A DNA stretch of 64,000 nucleotides from Camelus dromedarius (taxonomy: Eukaryota), in the NCBI RefSeq assembly GCF_036321535.1, contig NC_087436.1, forward strand, positions 114,826,001 through 114,890,000, written 5' to 3'. The translations under genes and the position numbers were made by a program. A model generated the notes under the pieces. That model was given only the letters and a program-made list of their open reading frames with translations. It had not been told where the DNA came from and ran no database searches. Each line of letters starts with the position of its first letter. Position 1 is the first letter of the stretch. Shown here piece by piece: positions 61,878 to 64,000 of this stretch.

Positions 61878-64000
61878 ATTTTATTGAGGTATAACTTATA
61901 TTCAAAGAGCAAAGATTTTAAGTGTACAGTTTGGTCAGTTCTAACAAATGCATACAATGTGTATAACACACATCTTTATAAGGTATAGAACACCTCCATC
62001 CTCTAGAAAGTTCCTTCATGCCCACTTCTAGCCAATTCCTGCACATCCTTCTCCCCTAAAACAGCCACTATTTTGATTTCTTTCACTGTTGGTTTAACTT
62101 TCCCTAGAACTTCATATAAACGGAACCAGACAGTATGAACCGTTTTGTACTTGTTTTTAATTCACTCAGCAGTGTTTTGAGACTCATTCCCTATCGTTGG
62201 GTATATCAATAGTTTGTTCCTTTTATTACTAAGTAGTATTACATTATATAAATATTCTGAAGTTTGTTTATTTATTTTTTCTTATGGAACATTTGTGGGG
62301 TTTTTTGTTTGTTTTTAGTTTTTGGCTTTCATAAAAAAAGAGCGGTGAACATTCTTTGGCAAATATGTTTGTGGACATAGAACATAAGTTTTCATGGATT
62401 ATAGGATGTTTAATTTTATAAGAAACTGCCAAACCATTTTCCAAATCAGTTGTACTATTTTACACACTCATCAACAAGTTATGAGCATTCCAGTTACTCC
62501 TTATCCCCATCAGCACTTGGTATGTTGTCTTTAACATTTTAGCCTTTTTAATGAGTGTGTAGCAGTATCTCCAGGTGGTTTTAATTTCCATTTTCCTGAT
62601 GACTAATGTCGAGTACCTTGTCATGAACTTTTAGGCCATTCATCTATTTTGTTCATCTTCATTCATCTATGTCTGTTCAAGAATTTTGCTTCCCACCCAC
62701 CCCTGTCATTTCTATATAGGTTTTCTTGACTTTTTATGTTTGAGTTTTAGATGTTCTTTATATATTCTGGTTACAAGTCTTTGTTCGATTTATTCTGCAA
62801 TTATTTTCTTCCATTGTATGACTTGTCTAGCCATTTTCCTAATTGTTTCTTTTGATGAATAAAAGTCCAATTTTGATGAAGTCCAGTTTATCTTTTTTTT
62901 CCCCTTTTATGGCTAGTACTTGAAGGGTTCTGCACAGAAAATCTTTGCCTACTTGCAGGCTATGAAGATAGTCTCCTATACGTCATAGTTTGCTTTTTAC
63001 CTGTAGGTCTATGATTTATTTTCAGTTGTTATGTGTGTGTATGGTGTGAGGTAAGGGTTTATACAATTTTCCCCTATATCTAGTTATTCTAGCACAATTT
63101 ATTGAAAAACATTCTTACCTCATTGAATTGTTCTGTATATTTTGTCAAAACTTAATTGACTATCTAAGTGAGACTGTATCACTTGCCTTGTTCCCATTTG
63201 GGGGGAAAAGCTTTACATTAATTGGGTTTTTAAACCAATTTTGCATTTCTTGGATGAACTTTTCTTAATCATAATACATTATCTTTTTAAAATGTTACAG
63301 CATTTGAAAGGCTAATTTAAGAAAATACGTATTTTCTGTCTATATTCATGTGCAGTGTTGCTCATTAGTTTTCTTTTAATGTTTTTGAGCGATTTTGGTA
63401 TCATTGTTATGCTGGGCTCATAAAATAAGGGAGCAAGATTGCTATTGTTTTTTACTTACCTATTTGATGGAATCCACTAGTGATGCCATCTCTGGAGCTT
63501 ACTTTATGGTATGCTTTTTATTTACTAATTCAATTTCATTGATAAATATGACTATTTAGATTTTCTGTTTTTTTAGGTGTATAGGATCTATGATGTTATT
63601 TCCTCTTTCATCCCTTTTTTGTCTTTAAAATTTTTATTTTATTTTATTTTTTCTGGGAGAGGGTTAATTAGGTTTATTTATTTACATATTATTTTTAGTG
63701 GAGGTACCAGGGATTGAACCCAGGACCTCATGCATGCTAAGCATGAACTCTCCCACTGAACTATATCAGCCCCCTTTCCTCTTTCATTCTTGATACTGAT
63801 AATTTGTGTTTTCCCACTTTTTGTTTTCTTGCTGAGTTTAGGTAGAGATTTATTATTAACGTTGTCAAAGAGCCAAATATTTGGTTTTATATGATTTCCT
63901 CTGTGCTTTTTATCTTCTATTTTATTACTTTCTTTTACATTATTTTCTTCCTTCTACTGACTTCAGATTTAATTTCCTCTTTTTATTTCTAGCTCCTATA
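61878..64000 (-). mobile_element. Old L1 (L1ME/MB-like) 3'UTR and decayed ORF2, running off the window
   Basis: 'ttttattgaggtataacttata...ttttaagtgtacagtttg...agaaactgccaaaccattttccaaa...ttcctgatgactaatgtcgagtacctt...ttttgatgaagtccagtttatc'. Confidence 0.85.
63616..63774 (-). mobile_element. tRNA-Ala-derived camelid SINE (Vic-1-type)
   Basis: Minus strand reads gggg...tagttcagtgg (A box)...cttagcatgcatgaggtcctgggttcaatccc (B box)...aaataaataaacctaattaaccctctccc plus an A-rich tail. TSD tttcctctttcat at 63599-63611 and 63775-63787. Confidence 0.85.

Noticed and set aside
63700..63774. tRNA-Ala gene
   Set aside because: The acceptor stem is not intact, and the sequence continues into a SINE body, A-rich tail and TSD.
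1..64000. ORF-track entries as protein-coding genes
   Set aside because: All are short (at most 161 aa), overlap on both strands, often begin at non-ATG codons, lack recognisable domains and largely fall in decayed repeats. No consistent exon chain was found.
1..64000. CRISPR array, operon, retron or other prokaryotic/viral system
   Set aside because: The sequence is clearly mammalian and repeat-rich. It has no regularly spaced direct repeats, long ORFs or endogenous viral coding remnants.

Overview
This window is mammalian non-coding genomic DNA (intronic or intergenic), most likely from a camelid. The taxon call rests on a tRNA-Ala-derived Vic-1-type SINE at 63.6 kb, artiodactyl-type L1 3' ends, and the absence of Alu, BovB/Bov-tA, PRE-1 and Can-SINE. 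I found no supportable protein-coding gene: the listed ORFs are chance frames or pieces of decayed transposons. Much of the window is fossil transposable element (MIR, L2, CR1/L3, old and younger L1, MaLR/ERVL/ERV1 solo LTRs, hAT and Tc1-mariner MITEs), separated by unique AT-rich stretches that may be cis-regulatory. The most unusual structure is a ~120-bp inverted copy of unique sequence from 45951-46080, embedded inside a TA-rich tract at 44783-44898, which looks like a templated-insertion repair scar. There are also two 5'-inverted (twin-primed) L1 insertions, one very short, and target-site duplications that are readable only after correcting for CpG decay. I see no evidence of a new gene-encoded system. 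Repeat family names come from my recall of consensus sequences, not from a database search, and boundaries are approximate unless target-site duplications (TSDs) are given.
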